A stretch of DNA of 64,000 nucleotides, taken from the sequence record NC_061444.1, one strand, 5' to 3'. Made by a program: the position numbers and the translations under genes. The notes below the pieces were generated by a model that was not told the DNA's origin, did not search any database, and saw only the letters and a list, made by a program, of their open reading frames with translations. Below, one piece after another: positions 17,816 to 25,848 of this stretch; the first letter of the stretch is position 1, and each line of letters opens with the position of its first letter.

Positions 17816-20800
17816 TTACTGGTAACGCACAGTGATAACAGAGGAACCGAAAGCACGAGCGTTTGTACGATAGATCAAGACGTTCTCTGTCAAGTTATCG
17901 TAAACCACTTTGCCAACAATTGGACCTTTCTTACCGTTATCACCAGTGACAGGCCACTGAGCACCGTCAAACCCTTGCCACCCTTTGTTCACTGTTCCCG
18001 TACTGTCTGCGGCTGCGCTGAATACAGCTTGACCGTAAGACTGTCTGACAACGAAGTAACCGTACTCGTCTTGTTTGGTAGACAACACGAACTGGCCACC
18101 TGTCTTAGAACGTAAACGCGTAGGCAACTGAGCGAGTGCAATACTCACGCCAGTAATACCGAAAGGCGCAACACCGAAGCGTGGATAAGATGACATGGCT
18201 TTCATGAAGTGCGTCTGCGTAAGCGTCTGCTGTCCTTCGATGTAGATAGCCTTGACACCAAAGTCGGTATCGTTAAGCAAAGAGGCTATGGTCAGTCGTC
18301 CAGTTTGGGCATTGATAGTGATGCCTTGAACATCAACCACGTCGCCCTTACTGTTGGTGATCTGCCACAGACACTTAGCCGACACGTCATCTTTCACAAA
18401 CGTACCTGTACGACCGAGCAATGCGTTCATCTGCATTGAGCTGTCATCACGCACATTCGTGTAACCACCAACTGTCAGGTCTTGCGGGAAACCAATGCCT
18501 GGGCATGTGATCTCTTGGACGAGACTGATAGTTGTGCGCTGTTCAGTGATGATACATTCAACCTTAACTTTCTGCGGGTCTTTCGAAGCAGGGAAACGGA
18601 AAGTACCGTCCTGTGCTAACGTGAACCCACTGACAGATTCAATCACGTTCCACTGGAACTCAACCGAGTTCGCATCAGGCAAACGGCTTGAGCCAGTAGC
18701 ACCGGAGCGTCGAGTATAGAACGCAGTGAAGCGGTAATCAGTGTTAGGGCTGATATTACCTGGAGGGTTTTCAATGTACCCGTTCAGTATCGTGTTTTGT
18801 GTCTGGAGCTGGATCGTGCGAGTGCCTGTGATTGTTTCATCAGCAAGCGATTCTGGATTCTGCTTTGTGAACACAGCAACGAGGTTAATCACACCATCAG
18901 ACAGTTGAGACTGACCAATGAACAAGTGACCGTTCAGGGGATCGATTGATACACCATCAACGTTTGTCTCGTCACCGATAGACCAGATAGCGTCTGTCGT
19001 AATGATTTCTGCGTCAGGGTCGATGATAACACGCAGGTCAAATGGCACGTACCAGCGTCCGTTCTCGTAACCAATAGTCGGGTTACGATCTGATACATCC
19101 CACACAACGTCAGGGCCTGTGATGCCGATTGAACGCAGATAGGTATTCGCCTGAACGAGATACACAAGCAACGTCTTCTCAATCTGATACTGGTCGCACG
19201 AATAGCGAGCGCGAATCAGCACAGCACCGTTAACGTTCTGTCGTGGCGTAAGCGAACCCTCAGCATCAATCTCGGCGACGATATCAGTTGTCGGCACAAG
19301 CATCTGCGTATTGTTCGGACCAGGCTGGACATAATAGTTATTCAGTACCGTCCACTCAGAATCAACTTCGAGATCGAACGTCTTCGGTGTGTCCTCTGCA
19401 TACGAACCATCAAGAGTACGAACGATGCCACCAGTCTTGTATGTGTTGACCAGAGTGTATGACTCGGACAGCACATCAGCACTGATTTGCGTTGCACCCT
19501 CAATACGACTGTTGACGATGTTGTTAATGCTCTGCTTAGGCTGAGGCGAAACGGTTAGGTCAATCTTATTGCTCACTCGGAAGAATGAAGCGATAACCTG
19601 AGTGGCCGTATCGTAATCGTACTTGCTCTTACCTGTTTGCAGAATAGCACCATCGAAGTATGCTTTGTTCAGGTCTGCGATACTGCCTATTGCGTTGAAC
19701 ATCGGCAGCTTGCTGATATTCATTGCACGGAAGTCTTTATAGTCAATCGGTGTGCGACCCTCGACGATTTCGACGACAGCAATACCGCTATAACGACCAG
19801 GCGAGAACTGGAGGAACTTGTACTCGTCAGTTTCCTTATCAGGCCAGTTGCCTACCCACTCAGCAGCAGTCACATACTCCTGACTACCATCAGCGTAGGT
19901 TGCAAGCAGACGAACGAACGTGCGTGACTTCTCATACATCAGGTCAGGACATTCGATTGTGATACTGTCCACCAGCGAGCGCGTAGGTATCAGTTGTAGG
20001 TCACGGTAGTTTGTGAGGTGCGTTCCCTCGAACTCATATTCCATGCTGATACGCGCAGAGCCATGCAAGTCACCCTGATAGTAAAGCACATACTCTTTTA
20101 CGCTGCGTCCCATGATCGGATCGTACACAGTGTTGTTGCTTAGGCTAACAGTCAACGTTACCCAGCGAGCGTAGTCAGGATGATCAGGGTCGAACTGACT
20201 TGGGTCCTGTCCCTGCTCAACTGCCTGTTGCTGCAATCGGATTGTACGCTGTCTCGCTTCTTCGATAGCAGACGCAGACGGAATGTACTCAACCTTAACA
20301 GCAGCCGCAGCAGCATAAGACAGGCCGTTATTCCACAGACACACAACAGGCAGCATCAGTGTACTACCGCTACTGATTGTTGGGCTGGAACGCAGGTCAA
20401 CTGACTTAGGAATCATGATCGTGTCGTTAACGAGAATGATTCGGTTGAACGTTACCGTAGAGCTACCGTCAATGAACGTGAAGTTCAGAGCGTATTTTAC
20501 AGCATCACCGCTAACCAGAGGTGCTTCGAACTCACCTGTCTGAGTATCGACACGCGGGATAGCGCTGACAGATGTTGCTTTGTCTTCGCTACTAAACCAG
20601 ATGCCAAACACTTCGGTGTAAGCAACCACGATCGAGGGATCACGCGCATCAATCTGAGCCTGAGTAGCAGACGTGAGAACGTACAGAGCCATTGCTTTTG
20701 GTCGAATGATATCACGCTCAACAACCGTCTCAGGAACAACGAGGTCAATCGTTGCCAGCTTAATGTCAGGCGCCTTCATCACAACCTGCTTCACTGCCTC

Positions 20801-22351
20801 GACAGGAGTGACTTCACCGAACACCGCATAGATAGAAGTCAGATAGTCAGAACGCATGACCTTAGACTTCAAAACGTTCTCTACGATTTCGGTATGCTCG
20901 CTGGTGGTACGCGCCTGAGCAGTACCCAGCTTTGACGTTCCATCGTTGTAGGTAACAGCATACTTGAGCGCAATCTCTTCGCCTTGTGGCACTTCGTCAT
21001 CAATGATGATACGCAGTTCAGTAGGCACTAGGTCCTTAACGCTACGATTAACATCGAACTCCTGCGTCTTGGTCATATCAAACTGACCTTGAAACGCAAC
21101 GCTGATATCGATCTTCGAGTCAGCATCGACGCTAGGCAGATTGAGAGTCGTACCGTTGAACGTACCGAGAGTAGCAGACAGCGCAATCATACCGCTATCG
21201 GTCAGCTCTTTCGTCGAACCTGTAGCAAGATACTTACCGTACACACGGACTTTCGCACTCGCATTACCGTACAGCGTAGGGCATTCAATAACAAGCTCGT
21301 CAGGGTCAGGCTCAACACCCATAGGATAGATGCGCGACTCAAGCGCTTGCTGTGTGCCATTGTAGGACAGCGTGAGATTGATAACAGAGATCGCAAGAGG
21401 CTCATTGAAGCGCACTGCATTACCGTCACGCTCTGCAATCCACGAACTGTCTTCTACCCACACTTCGACCGTCTGCTCGGTATTATCGCTGTAACGGATA
21501 ACAGCACCGAACGTCGTCCACTCACCGCCACGAATGAACTCAGGTTGAATGAACGCGATAGACTTCTGCAAAGGTGCACCAACGATGAAGCGTCTAACAG
21601 GCTCGACAACAACGTGCGCACCTAGATACAGTTTAGCACTCAGGTTGATTGCGGCATAAACACCTTCGAGGACTTCTTCGATAGGCGCCCACTGATAGAA
21701 CAGGTCTGCGATGCGACGATAGAACATAGCAGAACGCGCAGTGTACTGTTGGATATCGTTGTTGACAGGCTCAAACCCTATGTGGTTATTGAACCAGTCT
21801 TCTGCTTCTTGCTGCGTCATGCCTACTTCTTGCAGCGCATTAACAACATCCTTCTCGGCGTCTTTTGTGATCGTCAGATCAAGACCACCATCAATCAGTT
21901 GCGCGTCAACTTCGAGGTTAACCTTGTTCGACTTGTACCACGTACCGCCATCTTGGATAAGAGTACCAAGAGGAGTAGGCACAAACGTTTGATAGTCAGC
22001 AGTGTATAAGCGAGAGGCATCGAACTGACCACCTAACAACATGCTCACAAATCGAGGCCACTGAGTTGTACCAGATACTTGCTGCCAGTCAGGTAAGCAG
22101 TCGATAACACGTTTCAATGTCGGCAAACGATACTGCATCAGGTCGCGCGTGATGTTGATACCGAGCTGGCGAATACTCGCTTCGGCCAGCTCGTCGTTTG
22201 AATCCGCATTGATGCGACGAATGTTTAACAGTTGCTTGATTGTCTCAAGGTTCTGCTCGTCGTTGTGTGCATCGAGTATCTCGAACAACTCTGCCCATGC
22301 TTCGTTGGCTTCAATGAAGTCAATGTTAAAGGCTAGAGTGTTTGATTTCAC
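17816..22351 (-). CDS. Large baseplate wedge / fibre-network protein with tandem Ig-like domains (1511 aa)
   Basis: Follows the baseplate J-like gene; N-terminal wedge-like domain then repeated Y-x-DG(S/T) Ig-like modules. Confidence 0.65.
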   Translation of the reverse strand: MKSNTLAFNIDFIEANEAWAELFEILDAHNDEQNLETIKQLLNIRRINADSNDELAEASIRQLGINITRDLMQYRLPTLKRVIDCLPDWQQVSGTTQWPRFVSMLLGGQFDASRLYTADYQTFVPTPLGTLIQDGGTWYKSNKVNLEVDAQLIDGGLDLTITKDAEKDVVNALQEVGMTQQEAEDWFNNHIGFEPVNNDIQQYTARSAMFYRRIADLFYQWAPIEEVLEGVYAAINLSAKLYLGAHVVVEPVRRFIVGAPLQKSIAFIQPEFIRGGEWTTFGAVIRYSDNTEQTVEVWVEDSSWIAERDGNAVRFNEPLAISVINLTLSYNGTQQALESRIYPMGVEPDPDELVIECPTLYGNASAKVRVYGKYLATGSTKELTDSGMIALSATLGTFNGTTLNLPSVDADSKIDISVAFQGQFDMTKTQEFDVNRSVKDLVPTELRIIIDDEVPQGEEIALKYAVTYNDGTSKLGTAQARTTSEHTEIVENVLKSKVMRSDYLTSIYAVFGEVTPVEAVKQVVMKAPDIKLATIDLVVPETVVERDIIRPKAMALYVLTSATQAQIDARDPSIVVAYTEVFGIWFSSEDKATSVSAIPRVDTQTGEFEAPLVSGDAVKYALNFTFIDGSSTVTFNRIILVNDTIMIPKSVDLRSSPTISSGSTLMLPVVCLWNNGLSYAAAAAVKVEYIPSASAIEEARQRTIRLQQQAVEQGQDPSQFDPDHPDYARWVTLTVSLSNNTVYDPIMGRSVKEYVLYYQGDLHGSARISMEYEFEGTHLTNYRDLQLIPTRSLVDSITIECPDLMYEKSRTFVRLLATYADGSQEYVTAAEWVGNWPDKETDEYKFLQFSPGRYSGIAVVEIVEGRTPIDYKDFRAMNISKLPMFNAIGSIADLNKAYFDGAILQTGKSKYDYDTATQVIASFFRVSNKIDLTVSPQPKQSINNIVNSRIEGATQISADVLSESYTLVNTYKTGGIVRTLDGSYAEDTPKTFDLEVDSEWTVLNNYYVQPGPNNTQMLVPTTDIVAEIDAEGSLTPRQNVNGAVLIRARYSCDQYQIEKTLLVYLVQANTYLRSIGITGPDVVWDVSDRNPTIGYENGRWYVPFDLRVIIDPDAEIITTDAIWSIGDETNVDGVSIDPLNGHLFIGQSQLSDGVINLVAVFTKQNPESLADETITGTRTIQLQTQNTILNGYIENPPGNISPNTDYRFTAFYTRRSGATGSSRLPDANSVEFQWNVIESVSGFTLAQDGTFRFPASKDPQKVKVECIITEQRTTISLVQEITCPGIGFPQDLTVGGYTNVRDDSSMQMNALLGRTGTFVKDDVSAKCLWQITNSKGDVVDVQGITINAQTGRLTIASLLNDTDFGVKAIYIEGQQTLTQTHFMKAMSSYPRFGVAPFGITGVSIALAQLPTRLRSKTGGQFVLSTKQDEYGYFVVRQSYGQAVFSAAADSTGTVNKGWQGFDGAQWPVTGDNGKKGPIVGKVVYDNLTENVLIYRTNARAFGSSVITVRYQ

Positions 22352-23811
22352 TGGTTCATCTTCCTTTCGCTATACAGGATGTTGATGCGAAGGTTACGCA
22401 GCGCAACGTATTCGAGAATCGTGTTAGGAATGATATCCTGAACAGGGCTTTCGATGTTGCAGTAGTCTACTTCCGGACGACGCACAGGGTTATCAGGGTC
22501 TGTCCAGTCGTACAGTACACGGTCCATGATATCAGACAGCGCAAGACGTTTACCAAGCATTCCCGGACGACGCTCAAACAGTTTAAGCACGGACTGTTCG
22601 AGTGTAGCCTGATTCGACTCACGGTTGCCTGGAGCATCAGCATACAGAGACACATTCAAGATGCAGTCAATCTGTAGCTTATCAGGGTTCCACGATTGCA
22701 CATCGAGAGGGCTGTTGAACTGTGCAAGCCAGTTAAGGAACTTACTCCACTGGGCAGAAGTAGGGTTAGGGTTGATGCCGCCCCACGTGCTCGTATTGCG
22801 AGGAAGTACGCACACACGAACAACACCCTGCCACTCTTTATCGTTAGGTGCAATCTCTGCCTGTCCTTGAACGATAACGTCAGCAACATCAGGGTAAAGC
22901 GCAATAGCAGCTTTCCACTCGTCACGGCGAATCAGCTTCTTGCGGCTACGGCCAACGATTGGTGCGTAGTTGCGATAGTAGGCAACAGGCGTTTCATCAG
23001 AGCCGCCGAGAATCGCGCTGACTGTTTTACCCTGTAGCTGAGGGTTAGACAAGCACTGCACCTTCAGGCCGATACTGTCTGTGTTGCCACTAGCGCCAAG
23101 AGACTTAATGCCTTGCACTTTCAGCGTATAGCCTGCTGGTGGCTGTGCCCCCCACTGCTCACCGCCAAACTGAATCTCAACGTCACCGTCATCGGTTGTT
23201 ACGTCAAGGAAGATTTGCTGATCAGCATATGCTTCAAACAGACACTTAGTGAAACGCTGGAACTCAATCTTCGTGCCAGTAGGATGTTCGAACCAGACAC
23301 GCAGATCATCAGTCAGTTGGAAGTTGCTTGTGCCCAAACGAATCGACATGTAATCGACAGTGTTAGGTACAATCTGGCTGAACGTAAACACTTCACCGAT
23401 AATGAAGTCAACGTTCTTCACTTCGCCGGGTTCCCACTGCGTAACGTCAGCAAGCAACGCATTGAAGTTACCGATAGTGAATGGCGTGTACTTATCGTAT
23501 GACTGTTTCACCGAAGTCAGATTGACAACGGAGGCAGTCACGGTAGATACAGATTTGCGTCCTATATCTACACCCAAGTAGCGGGCGTTAGCGAGTACGG
23601 ACGAGTTACGTCGTGCCAGCCTACTGAATGCTTCACGCGCTGCAATCAAAGACGCATAGGCGTTCGTCACACCGAGATCACCGAGCGCATCAGCAAGTAA
23701 CGCAGTCAATGAACTGACCTGTGCGTCTGTCCAGTAGCTGGACTTGTTAATACGATTCAGGAAGTCTTGTGCAAACTCCTCATGAGTCGTGTATGTATTA
23801 AGCATGGACAT
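22348..23811 (-). CDS. Baseplate wedge protein, T4 gp6 / baseplate J-like
   Basis: 487 aa; AAREAFSRLARRNSSVLANARYLG, IQFGGEQWGAQP, GGSDETP motifs; position after gp25-like gene. Confidence 0.8.
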   Translation of the reverse strand: MSMLNTYTTHEEFAQDFLNRINKSSYWTDAQVSSLTALLADALGDLGVTNAYASLIAAREAFSRLARRNSSVLANARYLGVDIGRKSVSTVTASVVNLTSVKQSYDKYTPFTIGNFNALLADVTQWEPGEVKNVDFIIGEVFTFSQIVPNTVDYMSIRLGTSNFQLTDDLRVWFEHPTGTKIEFQRFTKCLFEAYADQQIFLDVTTDDGDVEIQFGGEQWGAQPPAGYTLKVQGIKSLGASGNTDSIGLKVQCLSNPQLQGKTVSAILGGSDETPVAYYRNYAPIVGRSRKKLIRRDEWKAAIALYPDVADVIVQGQAEIAPNDKEWQGVVRVCVLPRNTSTWGGINPNPTSAQWSKFLNWLAQFNSPLDVQSWNPDKLQIDCILNVSLYADAPGNRESNQATLEQSVLKLFERRPGMLGKRLALSDIMDRVLYDWTDPDNPVRRPEVDYCNIESPVQDIIPNTILEYVALRNLRINILYSERKMNQ

Positions 23812-23812
23812 G

Positions 23813-24235
23813 TTACTGTGCCCTCATTGCAAACGTAATGGATTGTTTGTCTTCGAGCTTAGGACAACGCCATGTGATTACACACACGTAGGTCTGCTCG
23901 TATTGTTCGCTCATGGTACACGCTGTCTGCACACCAGTTACATCTTGCGTCAGACCATTGTATGGGTCTTCGAGTGCGAGGCGCATGTACGTTGCAATCC
24001 AGTCTGCTGTAGTCTGGTCGAACGGTTCAAAGAGATATTGATACACGTCTGCACCGAAGTTCTCACGCCACTTACGGGACTTCTTGCGCGTACCAATTAC
24101 CATCAGAATCTTCTGGACAATGCTGTCCATGTTCTGAACGTTATCGCGGGGTTCGAGTTGAATCCACGCATTGATATCACAATAGATGCGCTCACTAGTG
24201 GGCACGTCTATCAGTCGAACTCCGATTCCTGCCAT
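23813..24235 (-). CDS. Baseplate wedge subunit, gp25-like
   Basis: 140 aa; IVQKILMVIGTRKKSRKWRENFGADVYQYLFEP fits the gp25 signature. Confidence 0.85.
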   Translation of the reverse strand: MAGIGVRLIDVPTSERIYCDINAWIQLEPRDNVQNMDSIVQKILMVIGTRKKSRKWRENFGADVYQYLFEPFDQTTADWIATYMRLALEDPYNGLTQDVTGVQTACTMSEQYEQTYVCVITWRCPKLEDKQSITFAMRAQ

Positions 24236-24525
24236 TAGCCAAATCTCACGTTAGAGCTGCCGTTAGAAGCAGTGTCACCACAACTGTTTGGGTCACCAGC
24301 TCGCTGGGCAGGCTTGCCATTGACACGCACACTGGAGCCTGAGATAGCTGTACCTGTATGAGGTGGCTTCTTCGGTTTCCAATGTGGCTTGTACTTATCG
24401 CCGTTACGAACACTGCCTTTGCCATTCACGAACACGTTAGACGATGCTTGTGCCGGAACAACAGGGAAGTAACCGTTATGTCCAGTAGAAAGGTCAGTGC
24501 CTAGACGAATAGCTTTCTGTCCCAT
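24235..24525 (-). CDS. PAAR spike-tip protein (T4 gp5.4-like)
   Basis: MGQKAIRLGTDLSTGH...VFVNGKGSVRNGD...VRVNGKPAQRAGD; ATG at 24525 with AGAGGAGA RBS. Confidence 0.9.
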   Translation of the reverse strand: MGQKAIRLGTDLSTGHNGYFPVVPAQASSNVFVNGKGSVRNGDKYKPHWKPKKPPHTGTAISGSSVRVNGKPAQRAGDPNSCGDTASNGSSNVRFG

Positions 24526-24575
24526 GATATTCTCCTCTGTTAGGCACAAATTAGCTTGTTATGCAGTAGAAACGA

Positions 24576-24604
24576 AAACGGGCGACCCGAAGGCCACCCG
24601 CTTT
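24576..24604 (-). terminator. Rho-independent terminator of the small structured RNA
   Basis: Minus strand GCGGGTGGCC-TTCG-GGTCGCCCGT-TTTCGTTTCT. Confidence 0.85.
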
Positions 24605-24804
24605 CTATGCTTGGATTTGTGTCGCTTACTCCCTCACACCCGAAGCGAGTGCCCGGTAGCCGAAGCTACTAAGCTGGAGTGACTGACCGAGAGTGAAGCC
24701 GCATCAAACGGCAACTGTAAGTGACTCTCGGAACATGATAGCAAACGACCAAGCATCGCAATTGCTATCAGCGACACGTAGAACAAAATCATGTTTGCTC
24801 CTTG
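24605..24804 (-). ncRNA. Putative compact multi-stem, pseudoknotted RNA of unknown class
   Basis: Three perfect 8-bp stems (GTGTCGCT/AGCGACAC, GATAGCAA/TTGCTATC, CCGAGAGT/ACTCTCGG), a cUUCGg hairpin, an 8-bp loop-to-tail pairing (ATGCTTGG/CCAAGCAT), own promoter and terminator; G.U pairs favour the minus strand. Confidence 0.7.
24634..24792 (-). CDS. Possible 52-aa hydrophobic peptide encoded inside the structured RNA
   Basis: AAGGAG RBS 5 nt before ATG; MILFYVSLIAIAMLGRLLSCSESHLQLPFDAASLSVSHSSLVASATGHSLRV; below the ORF-track length cut-off. Confidence 0.35.
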   Translation of the reverse strand: MILFYVSLIAIAMLGRLLSCSESHLQLPFDAASLSVSHSSLVASATGHSLRV

Positions 24805-24811
24805 TGTCTCT

Positions 24812-24840
24812 ACTGTAAGTAAAACATTTGCAAATGTCGA
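24812..24840 (-). promoter_or_regulatory. Sigma70-like promoter with a 14-bp palindrome across the spacer
   Basis: TCGACA-N17-TACAGT on the minus strand; perfect palindrome ACATTTGCAAATGT at 24824-24837. Confidence 0.55.
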
Positions 24841-24849
24841 TCAAGTTAC

Positions 24850-25810
24850 TTCGAGTTGCCCTTCGCCCAACATCACTAGGGTTTCAACTCTCTTTCTCTC
24901 TTTACCGCCTGGGCTGCGGAAACCGCACACAAGAACAACACATCAAGGACACACGGCGGAAAAGTGAAAAAGTTCCGTATGCCCTAACAGCATCGCTCAA
25001 GCGAAGGAGGTGACCCATCGGTGATCTGCGGTGGTTGATACACTCTTTAACAATCGCTCTTGTTGTGCATTAGATCGTGGTAGGAACGCGATTGACCGCT
25101 AACAAGTCCTATACGATATTTCACTACCCGGAAAAGTGGGCAAGCTATGGCAGCACGTCAACGGCAGCATGGCGCGGACACACTCCATTGAACATTGTTA
25201 AGGGCAATGCTCAACAGGCTGTGTACAGCTTTGACCAAACGCAGAGTCGCTCGTCGCCCAACATCACTTGAGTATCTCGTCTACGTTCTTTTACTCCCTA
25301 GATACCGTGAAAAGGCACGGCACCCATGAGGGTCGCGGATGTTTATCACATTAAGACTCTTACAGTTCAATCCTGTACGCAGTGTGTTGAGTCGTCCGCT
25401 GGATGACACACTACATACCCTCACCGTGTTGTACATCGGTAGGAAAGAGCTGGTGGAATTGTCATGGAGAGTAGATATCTCCCCAATGCACACTGTTATT
25501 GCCAGCCAGTGTGCATCAGGCAGCGTAACTGCGAACTGCTGTCCCTAAAAGAGTGGCCACAACGCTGAGAATACGTTCTACCAGTCTACGTGCCTAGAGG
25601 CTGCTGCCGTGCTATGTCGTAAAGATGAAAAGAACTGGGCCTTGTGGGCGTCAGCGGCAGAGCAACAGTCTATCACGTGGGTGCCGGGGTTGTCCTCACG
25701 ATTACAGAGCATAAGCTCAAACCGGCTGGAGGCTCACATGCCGCCAAGAAATACAGCGCGTGAGTTTATGGACCAGCAAGAGACTGCCCGCGAAGTAAGT
25801 CTCTTGCTAC
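24850..25810 (+). ncRNA. Putative large (~950 nt) structured RNA of unknown class
   Basis: No convincing CDS; more than a dozen hairpins and long-range helices, including 10- and 11-bp perfect stems; G.U pairs mostly favour the plus strand. Confidence 0.55.
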
Positions 25811-25848
25811 AACTTGATATTACTATCTGCAATTTTTATTTACAGATT

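Noticed and set aside
24863-25268. 15-nt direct repeat pair as a mini-CRISPR array or att sites
   Set aside because: Only two copies about 390 nt apart, too short and non-palindromic, each in a hairpin loop; no cas or integrase gene in the window
24850-25810. Group I or group II intron, tmRNA, RNase P RNA or retron
   Set aside because: No interrupted gene on either side, no GUGYG start or domain V, no tRNA-like ends, no reverse transcriptase in the window; a degenerate relative cannot be excluded without a covariance-model search
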